Of a stretch of DNA of 64,000 bases, positions 36,961-50,814 are shown piece after piece. Location: NCBI GenBank assembly GCA_002633005.1, contig NMRA01000417.1, positions 138,158 through 202,157 of the forward strand, read 5' to 3'. Below the pieces are notes generated by a model, which saw only the letters and a list, made by a program, of their open reading frames with translations, was not told where the DNA came from and made no database searches. The position numbers and the translations under genes were made by a program. How positions within the stretch are numbered: position 1 is the stretch's first letter; the number at the start of each line of letters is the position of its first letter. Origin of the DNA: Phoronis australis. Taxonomy: Eukaryota; Animalia; Phoronida.

Positions 36961-39302
36961 GAAAAGATGGAGTTGTACTCAATTCAGAACTGTTCTGGCA
37001 CATACTAAATTAGAATTAAACAGTATTGGCCAATAAAACATATACAACATACATTTAGGAAGTTTGGTAATTACTTGAAATGTGAAACTGCCATTTAGCA
37101 AACTTACACTTATACAAATCTACATGTAACAAAAAACTTCGTTTCTATGCCACCAGTTAGGTGCTTCCTGTCCAGTACTTTCAAGTACTTTTGTGTGTGT
37201 TTTTTTTCAAAGAGGGCAACAATAACCCTGGACCACACATCAGTAACTTCATGTTGTGCCCACAACAGGAAACTGGTTAAAGTATATGCCCTGGGTTCAA
37301 CTGCATGCTTGATATATACGAGTAGCCAGTTTGACATTTAGAGCTTTTCAGACAGCCATTTCAAGAATTTGGTTGTTGGCAGTTGAGTGCTACTAACTGC
37401 TAGTTGCAAAATCTAGTTAACACTTTCATGGACAGCCAGTCATTAGTGGCATAAATTTTAGAATGTTTATATCATGTTATTCTTTAAGATGTTCTTTGGT
37501 GTGAAGCTTACCAAGCTTGTTGTACAGTTCAAGTTGCATAGTAGAGCTTTACCATTGTGACACAAAATGTGTTTCATCAAATTTCAATCATTAAGCAATT
37601 GCTCATTAAGAGAATCCTGCTGAAATATCAGCATTGTTTGATTAGTTGTCACATGGGAAAATTGGGTTTTTGAGAAAACAGAAAAGTTGCAACTTTTGTA
37701 ACTCTTTTGCAAAAATAATTGGAGAATTACCATAACCTACTAACTGTTCTTTATGAAATCTTCAAATAGTTCTGGCTTAGTTCCAGAATTAGCCATATGA
37801 TTTACCTTCCTCTCTCAAACGCATTTTTGTACACTTGTGAAAATGAGCTAATTGTGAGTTATGCTTAATACTAGGTTCATATGGGTGACGAAAACACTGG
37901 CAGTTCTTCAGTGACTGCAGTGCTTACATTTTAACCAAGGAGGCCTGCTGTCCATAAAGAGGATATTTTCATCAAATTATTTCCTTACCACCCATTAAAC
38001 GATCTTGCTTCAAAAAAGCTAGCATAAATGCCAGCAGTTTTGGGGGTAATTCATACCCCTTTCACAAACTGGATAAAATTAAGCTTTTTTGCTAAGCCTA
38101 TTGGCTGACCACAGTAAGGGAAATGATTGTAAAGGTCGCTTTTGCTGGTTGTTTGAGTAACCAATAAAGTATTGGCAATTAGGTTATCACTCCTGTAGTC
38201 TGAGAACACACATGTCTTTGGGTTAGAAGCCTTTGTTTATCATGGTGTTAATCATTGCATTTGCAGTGAGTAAACATACTTTGACATCAATTGTCACTTT
38301 AACAGCACATTGGTGTGGTGAGGAAACAAACTAACTGCTGGTGAAAACTGCCCCCAGTGTGTACAGCACCTTTGACTGGCACTTTCACCACTAACTCAGT
38401 CTGGTGTCATATCAATAGCAAAGAGCCAGTGACCCTTACAGCCAGTCATATTACTGTCTTCTTGCTAGTAGTAAAAGTGCTTGAAGTAACACTAAAGTTT
38501 CAATCAGCATATGATGAGCAATAACAAATGGGTAATCTTCACTGGCAAGGCATCTGCTTCTCAAAAAAACTTCCCCTTTAATTATTTCATCCTAGTCTCC
38601 ATAGTGATAAATAGAAATACATAAATGACAAAGAAAAGAAATGCTTGTTCAAGACAAATAATTTAATACCATTTTTTTAATTTACCCCTATTTACTGTAT
38701 TAAAAAGCTTATAGGAATGACAGAGCTCAAAACCAGAAGTTGCAGCATAATGTCGTTGTTGGAAGCTTGTCATAACTTGTAGATTCCAGCGAGAATTACC
38801 CACGTCTATTGCGTTGATTCTCGTTTATGATAGCTGTCGCAGTAGCTGTTCAGTTGTGGAGCATTGTTTTGTAAATGTTCTGGTCTTGCTGCCTTGGTGC
38901 TCTAAGGGGGCCTTTTGCATGTCTTGTCCAGTTTCCCGATATTTAGATACCAGATTCTTCACCATTTTCTGCGCAATTTTCAATGGTACCAATTGATCTG
39001 AGTCACTGATTTTCTGACCACTGAGGCATGATTTTCCTAGCCAAAAAACTAGGGAATGAATATCCCTGTGCTCTCCATAATAGTCTACTGGTTGTTCTAA
39101 TGTCCTTATCAACTGGAGCCACGTTATCAATGCATGGCACCAACCTTGGTGATAACAGATTATCAATAAAAGAAATGGTCTGTTATCTAAGGAAGCTAAT
39201 GTTGTGTAAATGACCTCAGTTAAGGCCAAAAAAACAAAGGTGGTTCTCCATGATAGCAAGTAGCAGCATATATTAAAGAAAACGACAATGGTTTTAAGTC
39301 GA

Positions 39303-39347
39303 CTTGACATGTTTCGGTGTCATTTATTCAAACACCATCATCAGAAG
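39303..39347 (-). ncRNA. Minimal type I hammerhead ribozyme (Penelope-associated)
   Basis: Minus strand CTT-CTGATGA-T-GGTGT(ttgaataaatg)ACACC-GAAA-CATG-TC-AAG, with an intact core. Confidence 0.8.
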
Positions 39348-40185
39348 AGAGAATGCAGTGGCCACCTAGCTAGGCCCAGCAACAGTAATGAAGCACAGAT
39401 GCAGTCAGTTACAGGGAGTGATGATGAACTAGACCAACAATAACAACCTGTGGCATGCCAGTTGCCTATTGAGATTGGGCTTGCACCAACTGATGTGTAG
39501 AGCCTGAAGAATTTTAAGCTCCTTTGTTGTTACTGCCTGGTCTATTATTGCAAAGTCATTGAAAGAGCACTGCTGATAATAATGATTGGAGCTTTGTAGG
39601 TGAATATTTACATGTGAACTTCTGTCAGAATTTAGATGTTCCTTGGTCCTGGTTTTCAAATGGCGAACAGTTTCGCCTATATAACTGGAGCCACATCCAG
39701 CACAGATAGAATACCCTATGTGAACTTAAGAGTTGCCTAAGAGTTGTATTAACATTCAAGTCTCTAAAACTGTCGAATTTATTTAACCCTAAGGACAAAA
39801 TTCCTATGGGTTTACGGTCCAGGGTAGTGTACAAATTTATCTGTGGTGGATGTGGCTCCAGTTATATAGGTGAAACTGTTCGCCATTTGAAAACCAGGAC
39901 CAAGGAACATCTAAATTCTGATAGAAGTTCACCTACAAAGCTCCAATCATTGTTAACAGCAGTGCTCTGTCAATGACTATGCAATAATAGACCAGGCAGT
40001 AACAACAAAGGAGCTTAAAATTCCTGAGGCTCTACTCTTCAGTTGGTGCAAGCCCAATCTCAATTGGCAACTGGCACACCACAGGTTGTTATTGTTGGTC
40101 TAGTTCATTGTCACTCCCTGTAACTGACTGTATCTGTGCTTCATTACTTGTTGCTGGCCCTAGCGAGGTGGCCACTGCATTCTTT

Positions 40186-40230
40186 ATTCTGATGATGGTG
40201 TTTGAATAAATGACACCGGAACATGTCAAG
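40186..40230 (+). ncRNA. Degenerate hammerhead copy (core GAAA changed to GGAA)
   Basis: attCTGATGAtggtgtttgaataaatgacaccGGAACATGTCaag. Confidence 0.6.
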
Positions 40231-42889
40231 TCGACTTAAAACCGTTGTTGTTTTCTTTAAACTTGGTTCTTTTTTGAACATCGAGTCAGTGGTGCTGCAT
40301 TGTTTTTTAGTTGCTGAATTTTTCAAATTAGTAAATCCAACTGAAATGAGCAAAATATATACAGGATTTGTTGCTTGGCAATCATGGTTGTTTCAACCCT
40401 TGCTTAAGTACCTTTGTGCAGCTTGTTAAAAAAAAAAACGTGAGACCTTAGGTGAAATTGATGCAGGCATTTTCGTGTTTTTTTTTAATCAATGAGCGCA
40501 AGTCTCAAAATGAGTATGGGTACAGATCAGAAATGCTCTTTTTGACCTTATTGTAAGTAAAGAACCAGTTGTGAACCAGACGGCTATGACCTGATTTCAG
40601 CATTTTGGAAATTTGCCTGAAACATGTGATTTGATTCTTATTGAATTAAACAACTTTATTTCAAGAATTCGTCATGTTGCAACTTTTGATTTGTAGGTGT
40701 CTATTCTTTACCACTACTTTGACTTCCAATGCCAACTGTGTCATCTTACTAGTATCCGGTCACATCTCTACATAATCACTGCATGACGAAATGATATAAC
40801 TACCACTAAAAGCTTACTGCCACATCTTGGCAGACTTACTCACTGGCTACTTGCGCCATGCATTGGCTTGACAGAATACTAGGATTTACCACTGTCATAT
40901 AGATCTTAAATGTTATCTGTGTGTCTGATAAGTCTGTGTCAAAGTCTCATCTAAATCTCCTTTCTTAGAAAACTCATTTGTGTGTTATCGGTTGCTTCTT
41001 TTTTCACATGCATGTGTGTAAATGAGTATGAACATCGTGGGACAGCTGTGTTAGGAATAGAACACCCCCATGTAAGTGTTTGCTCCTGTGTCAGGTGACA
41101 AAATTTCACAGTCCAAGGATGTTAAGCCAAGATTGACCTGATATCAACCTATTTTGCTATAGTAGTCAGTGGTAGTAGATATTAATGATTTTTTATTAAT
41201 GTCCACACTTGCTCAGTTCTTTTCATCTCTGAAGCTGAAAAGTTCCCATGGCAAATAATAATATTTTTGCCATTTAATCTCCATTGTGTTGGTCGGTGTC
41301 CAATCCAAGGAAACATATGATATACCAGTGTAGAGCTCTTTACTGTGAGAGGAAAAACAATTATTTCTGTGTGATCTAATTTCTAATTCTGGTGGTCTGA
41401 GTGGTCAGAGTAAACATATACAGAATGCTGTTTTCTCATTCAGAGGCATTTACTAATCTTTAACTTTTCATTGTGAATCGGTTTGAACATCCGTCATGCA
41501 ACATTGGTAATGTGACGGTTTGTTGATGGTGAGAGTAAATAGATTTCAAAGCAGTGGGATTTCATGTAATGTGTAGTTGTCATTATATGTTAGCGGCATC
41601 TGGGCAGGGGAAATTTCAACCTGTTGCAGGTATATTGCAAAAATGAGTATTATAGCCATAAAGACTGTTGCAAGGTGCTACCTGTTTGTATGAAAGGCTC
41701 ATAGCAGCACCTCGTGACCACTTCGGTCTAAAGATGGATTGGTCAACTTGTGAGGATTCAGTTGGACATGTTTTATGCGATTTTGGAAACACATGCCGGT
41801 ACATGTAGAAGAACCAATGGACATTCAGGACAGCAGTCACATTTGGCACGTGAAAATGACTAGATTTTATTCAGTATTTGTTTAGAGCTGTCCTGTCGTG
41901 ACTTCTTCCAACTGCTACACCTCAAGTAGATCTGTTGCCTTTTTGATAAAGTTAGTACATGTAAACTGGTCCCTTGTTGGTCACTTCTAACTGAGTGCGA
42001 ACATGATACTACATTTGGCTATTCATTGCTAAATGCACAGTCAGCTGCCAGTTTATTGTATCCTCATGTGTCCGAAACAGCTATGTTATTGGTTAAACAT
42101 TAGCGGGCTGTGAATCGAACACTTTCAGCGCACCATAGTGTGTACAGTGGGGGAAAGGGTTTCCGTGGTGAGGAACTGGTAGCAGGGGAAGGGGTAGTCA
42201 TAATGCCTTTGGTATGCTTTTCCATCTCTTGCTAATATCGACTTAACCTTTCCCCAGTTAACAGCTGTGTCTGAGTTTCAAATGTTTGAAAGCACCCTTT
42301 TAGTCATTGTATGGAAGGTTTTACCTATAACTGTGTCTGATGGATACACAGACCATACCCTGATTTGGTCACCTGTTGACACCTGGCTGCAATGTGTCAA
42401 CAAATTGCACCGATAGTCACTGATTCTCACACTCACTGGAACAAACCTTATCCATCTATGGGTAGAGTGCTGTTATGATGCTGAAGGCTGCATGGCTTGA
42501 TAATTGTCCTGAGTTCAGTCTCCTCTGGCTCCTTCCACCTGTGTAAACAACGTTCTGATCTGTGTTAAGTGACCAGACTTAACTCTTGTCAAGTGGTCTT
42601 CCCAGTTGTTGCTTGCCCTGCCTGATGTTGTTAGGTTTTGTAAGCTTGTCAAACAACTGCGGGATAGACAAGGTTATCTTTGATTATGTTCAATTCACGA
42701 AGATTTTTGACAAATTATAAATTTACCCTAATGCCCACATTGAATTAAAACATCCCGTGTTTAGTGAACTGTAACTGAGTACTTACTTTACAGTGAAACA
42801 CGGGGGCTGATTTTCAACCTTTCTAATTACCATCCTACTAAAGTTTACATAAATCACAGTGTAGAGGGAGTGTAGTGGGCTGTTATTAA

Positions 42890-44532
42890 AGGAGAAGGCC
42901 CCCCAAAAACAACCTATTTTGTATCAATTTAGATGGAGTAGTTCTACTCGATAACGGCACGTTCAGTTGCGTTACCTGACACCTGACGGTAAACGGAGGT
43001 GTTGAAATTATCCAATGACGTCATTGGTTTCACACGTAGTCTGTTCAGCAGTTCAGAACACGGGTTAGGGGTGTTAGCTTATCGCTTGAATTCATCGTTT
43101 AACACCAAAAAATCATCACATTTCGATGTAAAACCCTTAAAAATACACCGAGTTCTTATAAAAATGTGTTGTTTTATTTCGCTGTTACGGAGTTATTGGC
43201 ATTTGGACACACTGTAGCCTACAAAGTTCGGCAGGCCAATTTACCAAAGTGGCGTAGCAGGAGTTTGGGGATCTCTTCGGAGATAAATTCAAAGTATTCT
43301 GTGAAATACAGACAGGAGAACTTAGATCTGTGTTGTTTAGACTTGTGAGTTTTGAGTTCTAAACACACAAAATGCTTGTTATCCCGGCGTGGCTCGGAAC
43401 CCAATCAGGGCCCGTCGCGGCCGCCGGGACTGGCACGAAAATAAACCAGCTTGAGTTGGAAACTAAACTTCCAGTCACGAAAAGACTATTATAGTGAGCC
43501 AAAGAAATAATGTGCACGTAATTATTTATGTGAATTAGCCACGAAACTGAAAATCTACTTACTTGTCGGGGGCCGCAAAGTCGGGTTCCCCTTCCACAGA
43601 CCGTCAGGGCAAAGCTAGTACAGTAACAGTAATTTGAATAATGTTCTTGTATGTCTAAATAAAGATTCCCCTAATCATAGCATATAAAATCATGCAATTG
43701 TTTCACAACAGCTTTCTGTCCGCGAACACTGAATTAGCATGCGCTCACACGTCCTCGGTGCCCGGTCAATTACCTTTATTGCCAGCATCAAAAGCAGTGG
43801 TTTATTCATTGCTGGCTTCTCAACATTTGCACTCACGAATATTGCAAAGGCATTACAAATTGTATCTAATGAGACGGACTTTGTTTCAGTTTTATATAAG
43901 CATTGGTCTGGGTGAGAATAATTCATTTTGAAACAGAACGCAGAATAATAAACGTTTACATAGCAACTCGCCCGGGGGCAATCCCGACTTAGACAAGAGC
44001 TCATCCGACGAAGAATTCACTGATAGGATCGTTAGGTTTCACAGGCAATCAGTTTGAACCGGAATACACTGATCAAGAAATACTATATAGAGACGCCGTG
44101 AACATGCACAGGCAACGGAAAGTATGGATAGTTCTTTGGTAAGCTTGAATTCGTTAGAGAAATCACTGTCGACGAAATGCCGGCCACAGATGCGGAGATG
44201 TTTCACGGCCTCATACTTGCTATACAGCGTACCTTTCATTCTTCACTATCGCGAGCCACTTCCTAAGCATTTCGAGCTCTCGAAGATGTCGAAAAACCGA
44301 TATACCCGTTTTCTTCACAGCTTCGTAGTTCGGACAAGCGGGAATGATGCACGGCAATATAGCGGCATTCACTCTGCAGACGAACCACTGACATCGCTGC
44401 ATTGTTTCTCACCTTCCTCACAGGTTAACGCGACACCTCTTGGCAAGGTGAGGTCGACCGTATAAGAGGCGATGTGGATATAGACCGTTTACGACGGTAA
44501 AAAAGACTTAATTAATTGGGTGGCATTCTCCT
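42890..44532 (-). mobile_element. Kolobok-like non-autonomous element with THAP remnant
   Basis: TTAA|AGGAGAAGGCCCCCCAA...TTGGGTGGCATTCTCCT|TTAA. Minus-strand CIIPAC...LRKWL / LRICGRHF THAP C2CH motif, frameshifted, at ~44160-44360. Confidence 0.8.
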
Positions 44533-44676
44533 TTAACATTCACCTTTACAAGAACCTACAAACCATCTAGAATGTCTGCAGCATTATGATGATCAGGGGA
44601 GGGTCTCTGTGTGTTATTGGTGTTGGCTGCAACTCCATTGGAGATGGTATTCATCCATGTGTTTGGTGTATTGCAG

Positions 44677-44753
44677 GTTAGGAAGTCTGAGTAAAGAAGG
44701 CCGCGATGTCACGTCACCACCTTTCCATGAGGAGCCTGTCCCATGTGATACAG
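44677..44753 (+). CDS. ARHGEF12: Exon (R)LGSLSKEGRDVTSPPFHEEPVPCDT(G), N-terminal to the PDZ domain
   Basis: ttgcag| acceptor, ACAG|gtagat donor, phase 2 to phase 1. Completes the Gly codon of the PDZ exon. Resembles the RLSSLS...TG segment of ARHGEF11 (recalled). Confidence 0.7.
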
Positions 44754-45682
44754 GTAGATCATACTGTATGTTTATAGACCAGTAGTGTGCAAATTTCACA
44801 ACAAAGTCCTGCGGTTCGATATTGTTGGGATATTTTACATGAAATATAAATAGTTTTGCAAAGCAAAGATTGGTAAACTGATCATTTTAAGAATTACTAG
44901 AAACATCGCTGTTTTGTAACGTTTTGTCACGGGTTTAATATTTAGTTCGATGTGAGTGGAACAATCAATAACAATCACAGATCTACGTGGCTGTTAAAAA
45001 GGTTCTGCTCCTCCAAGGGTGCTTTACTTCAATCTGTTAACACGAATTTTTTTAATCGCAGTTTCATATTCGGTGATTTTTCTGACTGGTGACGTGTCAA
45101 GAGTATTAAAGGCATATTGAAACTTGTAGATTGTATCGTAATTCCAGAATTTGGGACATGTTTAATTTTGACGTCTTTCCGGTGTTTCTTGAGTTTGAGG
45201 TGGCCAGTTTTTTCTTTTGTGATCGATGCAAAATGGGCGAATTAACTTTGGGTTTGGCAACTTGACTCAGTTGCTCAGCTGGCGAGTGGAGTTTTTAGGC
45301 CTAGGTATATTAGCTGATGCTGTTTCCTTCTTGTGGGTACATACTCCTCCCACTTTCCCATCTTGCGGGTATATTCTTTGCTTGCCGAAAGACTAAGCAT
45401 TGCTCGTGTACATTATTCCCTGCCCACGGTGTCGCTTACCCACTAATGAACAACCTTTTCACATAGAAATTTTATATCAGTTTATACGAAGTGGCAAAAA
45501 AAGAGGGGGAATGGCATGTGAGGGTATAGAATAACTGTCATTGGCAGGGAATAATGTTCATGACGTGATAAATGGTTCGGGAGAGAAGAAGACCCCTAGA
45601 AGCATACTGTTTGTGGTGCAGTCGTACACACATTTCAATGCTTTGTGTTTGTCTTGTTTTCTTCGTTATGAGTCAAATGCAA

Positions 45683-46708
45683 TTTTTATGTGCCCACATG
45701 TGGACGTATTATGCCATCTCCGTCCGTCCATCGTTCGTCCGACGTCCGCTGCTCTATCTCCAAAACCCTTTGACCTACATTCATGAAATTTGGCACATGT
45801 TCCTTTCATGAATGGGATGGCACGAATGAACTTTCAGACGGATCTGACTACCGATGTGCCCTCTAGTGGCAATTTTATTTTTTTGCGCTTGCCGCTATAT
45901 CTTCAAAGGTCCTCAACGTATTTTCATAAAATTTGACCTATTGGCATCTATTAGAGAGATGACGCTATCCTTCCGTTTTCAGATGGATTTGACGACCTGA
46001 GTGAGAATTATACATGTTTGACATGCTCTGAAAACGTGGAGTATTTGAACAGCGTGTAAAACGTGGCATGTCAAAGATGTAAAACGTAGCGTGTCAAACG
46101 TGTTAAATGTAGCGTGGCAAAAGCATGTAATTTTCGTTTCAATACGCCACGTTTGACACGTTTAGCGAGGTACTTTGAGGCACCTAGTGGTCATTTTTTC
46201 TGTTTTCGAGTTTTTTTTTCACTCCTCGATCAACCAAACCATTCTGAGGATGATTTTGAAAATTGGTATGTATGTCCTCAGTGTGAAGAGGGCGGTTGAC
46301 TATATGACGAATTCGACTACTGTGGTGCCTCCTAGTGATAGTTTTGTTTTGTGGCCATAGCTGCATCTCCTTAACGCACTGCATTATCTTTATTGAATTT
46401 AGTAATTGTGTTTATATGAAGCTGACAACAGACAGTGTCGTTCAGTCCGATCCAATGAACGCTGTGCCCCATAATGGCAATTTCATTTTTTTCATTTTCC
46501 TTCGTTTCTCTGAAGTTCCTTGACAGATTTTTATGAACTTTGGTTAATAGCTTTCTATTAAAGAAGCGATGGCATTTTCACTGTTTTTAGGTGGATTGGT
46601 TTTTTGTGCCATCTAGTGGCTATTTTTATGAAACAAATAAATAACCCTAGAAGCACACCGTTTGCGGTGTATTAGTGGGCGCATTTCAACGTTCCACACT
46701 GCCCTTGT
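45683..46708 (+). mobile_element. HINE copy, shorter core, with a ~175-bp insertion at 45996-46170
   Basis: 5' tttttatgtgcccacatgtggacgtattatgcc, GTCC tract, core units, 3' gtgggcgcatttcaacg...cttgtt. Confidence 0.85.
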
Positions 46709-46772
46709 TGTGACTTTCCTTTATCCTTGGTAATACCATTGTAATTGTTGCTATGGTTACTCTCATGTGCAG

Positions 46773-46874
46773 GTGACTTCATTCAGCGTTGTGTCATAAT
46801 ACAGCGTGATGAGAAAGGTTATGGTTTAACAGTCAGTGGTGACAACCCAGTCTTTGTACAGTCAGTCAAAGAAA
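46773..46874 (+). CDS. ARHGEF12: PDZ exon: (G)DFIQRCVIIQRDEKGYGLTVSGDNPVFVQSVKE(N)
   Basis: tgcag| ... GAAA|gtaagt. Closely matches LARG QRCVIIQKDDNGFGLTVSGDNPVFVQSVKE (recalled). Confidence 0.96.
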
Positions 46875-47666
46875 GTAAGTGATCTGAACCAAGTGTACTT
46901 GCATTACATGGCTTGTTCCTGACTAAAATGTTAGCAGAGCTTATTGCAACGTGCTTCTTTTGCAATCAAGATATAACATTTACAGTGCAAATTCCTGTTT
47001 GGGATAGTGAAATATTGATCATTTTGATTAAGGTTGGAATTGTGCCAAATTTTAGAAATATCAAGAATTACTATTGATGTTATACACTATGGAGACGCAT
47101 GAAAATGTTGTGTAAGTGGCTTTTTGGACAAATTATGAAGTACCAAGTTTATTGTTAGATTCCATTGATACAAAATGCATGAAATATAATGAATGTCAAT
47201 ATTGCTTAAGCCCCAATCTTCAGAATTGAAAAATATCAATTTCAGCTTAAATTTCAGTGTCCCAAATTTTAGAGACTGCCAACCTACAGAATATTGAAAC
47301 TAATCTCTTATACCTTTGTCCGTTTTGATCATCTTGCTACCTCTACTGCTGTTTGTGACTATCAAATGTTTTTACATGAAAAAACATGGTGAAGGTATAT
47401 TATCAGCGAGAAAAGTGATTTTCTGTAAAACACCCTCAGTGATAAATGGAACCTAGAACCTGCTGCAATCACTGCCAAATGGTCTGCTGATGGAGCTAGA
47501 TCATGCTGGATGAATGATTTCAGTGAAAGTCTGGCCAATAGTGGCGAGCATTGGCTATTTGTATTAAAGTCACAAATACAACGGATTTTGTGGTTTCATA
47601 GTTGTGGTTACAACTTCGGTAAAATTTCTTCAATTTGGGACAAAAATAATTGCTAAAACTGGCATA

Positions 47667-48578
47667 TTTTTATTCACCCACATATTTATATGATGACAGG
47701 TGACGACGAATTTTGGACTGATGCGACTACTGCTGTGCCCTCTAGTGGCAATTTTATTTTTTACAGTTTCTTCTTTATCTTTGGAAATTTTGGATTGATT
47801 TTCATGAATTTTGGCAGATAGGTTTCAATTAAGGATACGACTACACCTTTCCATTTACATATGGCTTTGACGATTCTGCATCACCTTGTGGCCATTTAAA
47901 AAATTTTTTAGTCATTTTTGCGTCCACCTTTCTATCTGTCGAACTGCATAAAGAATCATTATGAAAATTGGCGGGTGTGTTCCTAATTAGGAGAGTGTGG
48001 CTGACGTTGGTTTTCATATGGGTTTCATGAACCTGGAGCCCCCTATATATTTTCTGTTAAGGAGACAACAACGCCTTCCCCATTTTTGAACAGATTTCAT
48101 GTTTTCTGTGCCACCTGCTGATCATTTAAAAATTTTTGCCTAAGATTTTGATGCCTGCCTCTCTATCTGCCAAACAACTTAAAATATCATTATCAAAATT
48201 GACAGTTGTGTTGCTGATGCGAATATGCCAGCTGACATTAATTTTTGAATAGTTTCGACTATACTGGTGTCCCCTAGGGTCAGTTTTGCTTTTTTGCGTT
48301 CACTCTTTGAAGGATCTTTGCGAAATTTAGCAGATGGATTCCTGTAAAGACGGCAACAGTTGACGATGAGTTTCAGACCAATTGGACTATAGCTGTGTCA
48401 ATTGTTTTTTAAGTTTGCTTCTATATCTTAGGGGTCCCTTGGCTGATTTTTATGAAATTTGGCAAATATTTATGTATTACAGATATAGCGATACCTTCTC
48501 AGTTCGGATTGGGTTGATGCATTCTTCGCCATCTAATGGCCATTTTTATGATTCTAAAAATACCCATAGAAGCACACA
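47667..48578 (+). mobile_element. Older diverged HINE copy, 3' end truncated against the Gypsy element
   Basis: cacccacatatttatatg start, diverged core units (ccctctagtggc, ccatctaatggc), ends at acccatagaagcacac. Confidence 0.7.
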
Positions 48579-50814
48579 GTAAGGGTGTTGCTCAACTGTC
48601 TCAGCATCTCCAACAATGACATCATGAAATAGGACATTAGTTTTTTCTAGGCACATCTTATTCAATTCACTGAATTCCCTTAAGAGACTTTGTAGTGAGT
48701 GTTGCTGATCAACATGCAAGTGACTCAATTTCTCTTGCAAATTGTTAAGATACTGAGAGTTGCATAACTTGAGGGAAATACCTAAAGTAGGTCTTCCAAA
48801 ATCAGTCTCATGTGACTGCTTGTCACCATAACCCGACTCAACAGTTGCAATAGTTTTATTAACATGATCACCAGACCTTTCATGGATACTCTTTAAGCAT
48901 GTTTACATGACAAACTGTTTTTCTTACCACAATCAGGAGTACTAACTACATAGTCAAGATAGCTTATTTTCCTCTCCACTACATACGGTCCAGAAAATTT
49001 AGGATTTAAATTATCCCCAGGCAATGGTAACACTCTGAACTAACACTTTGTCACTTGGACTAAATTGCCTGTCACAAGCTTTACTGTCAAAGCAAGTTTT
49101 CATAGATGCCTGAGCATCTTTCAAATGCTTATGAGCCACGGTTCTAACCTCAAACAACCACTCTTTCAAATCCGACACATAGCTCAATAAATCCACTTGA
49201 GGATCATCACTCAACCACCTTTCTTTCAACAGTTTAAGCAGACCACGGGTTTGGCGCCCAAATACCAACTCAAATGTGCTGTAACCCAGAGAATTTTGTA
49301 CTGTTTCCCTGTACACAAACAGTAAAAGTGGAACACCATCATCCCAATTCTTGTCACAAGACAAACAGTAAGCCCTTACCATGGTCTTAATAAGTTTGAT
49401 GAAACCTTTCAAGAGCACCTTGACTTTCAGGGTGATAAGCACTGGAAACACGTAGATCAATTTTCAACAAATACATCACTTGCTGAAATAGGCCAGACAT
49501 AGAGTTTGGCTCTTGATCAGTCTGAATTGATTTAGGAAGGCCAACCAAAATAAAGAACTTTACCAAAGCCTTTACCACCTCTGATGTAGTTATTTTCCTT
49601 AACGGAATAGCTTCAGGAAAACGTGTGGAACTACATTACTGTCAATAAATACTGGTTCCCCATTTTTGTTTTTGGCAATGGACCTACACAATCCACAATG
49701 ACATGACAAAATGGCTCGCCAAATGCCGGAATTGGTTTTAGAGGAGCCTTAGGGATAACTTGATTGGCTTTCCCATCAATTGGCATACATGACAAGTTCT
49801 ACAAAAATTCCTAACATCTCTATTGATACCGGGCCAAAAGAAATGTCTCCGAATACGTCTCTTTGGTCTTATTAATTTCAAAGTGACCAGCCAAAGGTCC
49901 CTCATGAGCCAAATACAGAACTTCTTGGCGGTATTCCGTAGGTTCAATACTAAATGGTGCACTACATGCCAAGAATCAGCAGAAGAAACGTTAGATGGTC
50001 TCCATTTACGCATCAAGAGATCCTTTTTCAGATAATAACAGACAGCAACTTTATCAGCCTCTTCTTCTGAAAGAGCCTGACAATATGCGGACGCTAGATC
50101 ATCATCTTGCTGACATTCTATAAGCTTAGAACGCGAATACTTGCCAGTAGAATCGGGCACACCCTCAAACTGCTGAACTAGAAAAGTATCAGACAAATCA
50201 AAATTATAATCCATATCGTACTCACTTTCCTCAGCTGCCTTAGCCTTAGTTCTTAGTACACAAGACGATGTTGAATTATCACACTCATCTACAGGGATAG
50301 GGTCATTGACCATCACTGGTTTAACAGTCACGTTACTACCCATAACGTCATTTCCTGGAAACAGTGTTATACCGCGAACGGGCAAACGGGGCATAACACC
50401 TACAGAAATGGGGCCGGTAAACAAATCTGATGTGAGAAAAACTTCATGCTGAGGTACACTGATGCTACCACCGATGCCAGAAAGGGAAACTTGAATCTCA
50501 GAGGAGATAAACTCAGATAAAGGAACCACGCCCTCCAACAACAAAGTCTGAGCAAATGCAGTATTCCGCAAAATTGTGACCGGCCAACGGGTAGACTTCT
50601 CACTAACAGAGACAAAATCCTCAGCAGAAAATGGATAAAATATTTCGTCGACAGAACCCGAAACACCATTAAAGGCCTCTCCCGCACATAATTTCTGAGC
50701 TAAATCATCACCATTGGGGCGAATACTAACCTCAGACAACAACGAATTCTGAGTAACAGATTTCTTCAACTGTACATTAATGTTGGACTGAGAAACAGTA
50801 ACAGCATTAGACAT
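48579..50814 (-). pseudogene. Frameshifted pol: protease, integrase, start of RT
   Basis: ORFs 49738-50814, 49387-49578, 49011-49460 and 48546-48740 give consecutive pieces. Confidence 0.88.

Larger units (their letters stand above)
39248..40263. mobile_element. Penelope-like retroelement: two inverted 3' fragments with GIY-YIG endonuclease remnants
   Basis: Plus arm translates RVVYKFICGGCGSSYIGETVRHLKTRTKEH. Minus arm gives KTRTKEHL...KELKILQALHISWCKPNLNRQ. Inversion junction at ~39712. Candidate TSD TGGTTCT at 39241-39247 and 40264-40270. Confidence 0.9.

Noticed and set aside
38825-39310. 161-aa minus-strand ORF
   Set aside because: It starts inside the Penelope pLTR and runs into flanking intron with no recognisable motif or splice support.
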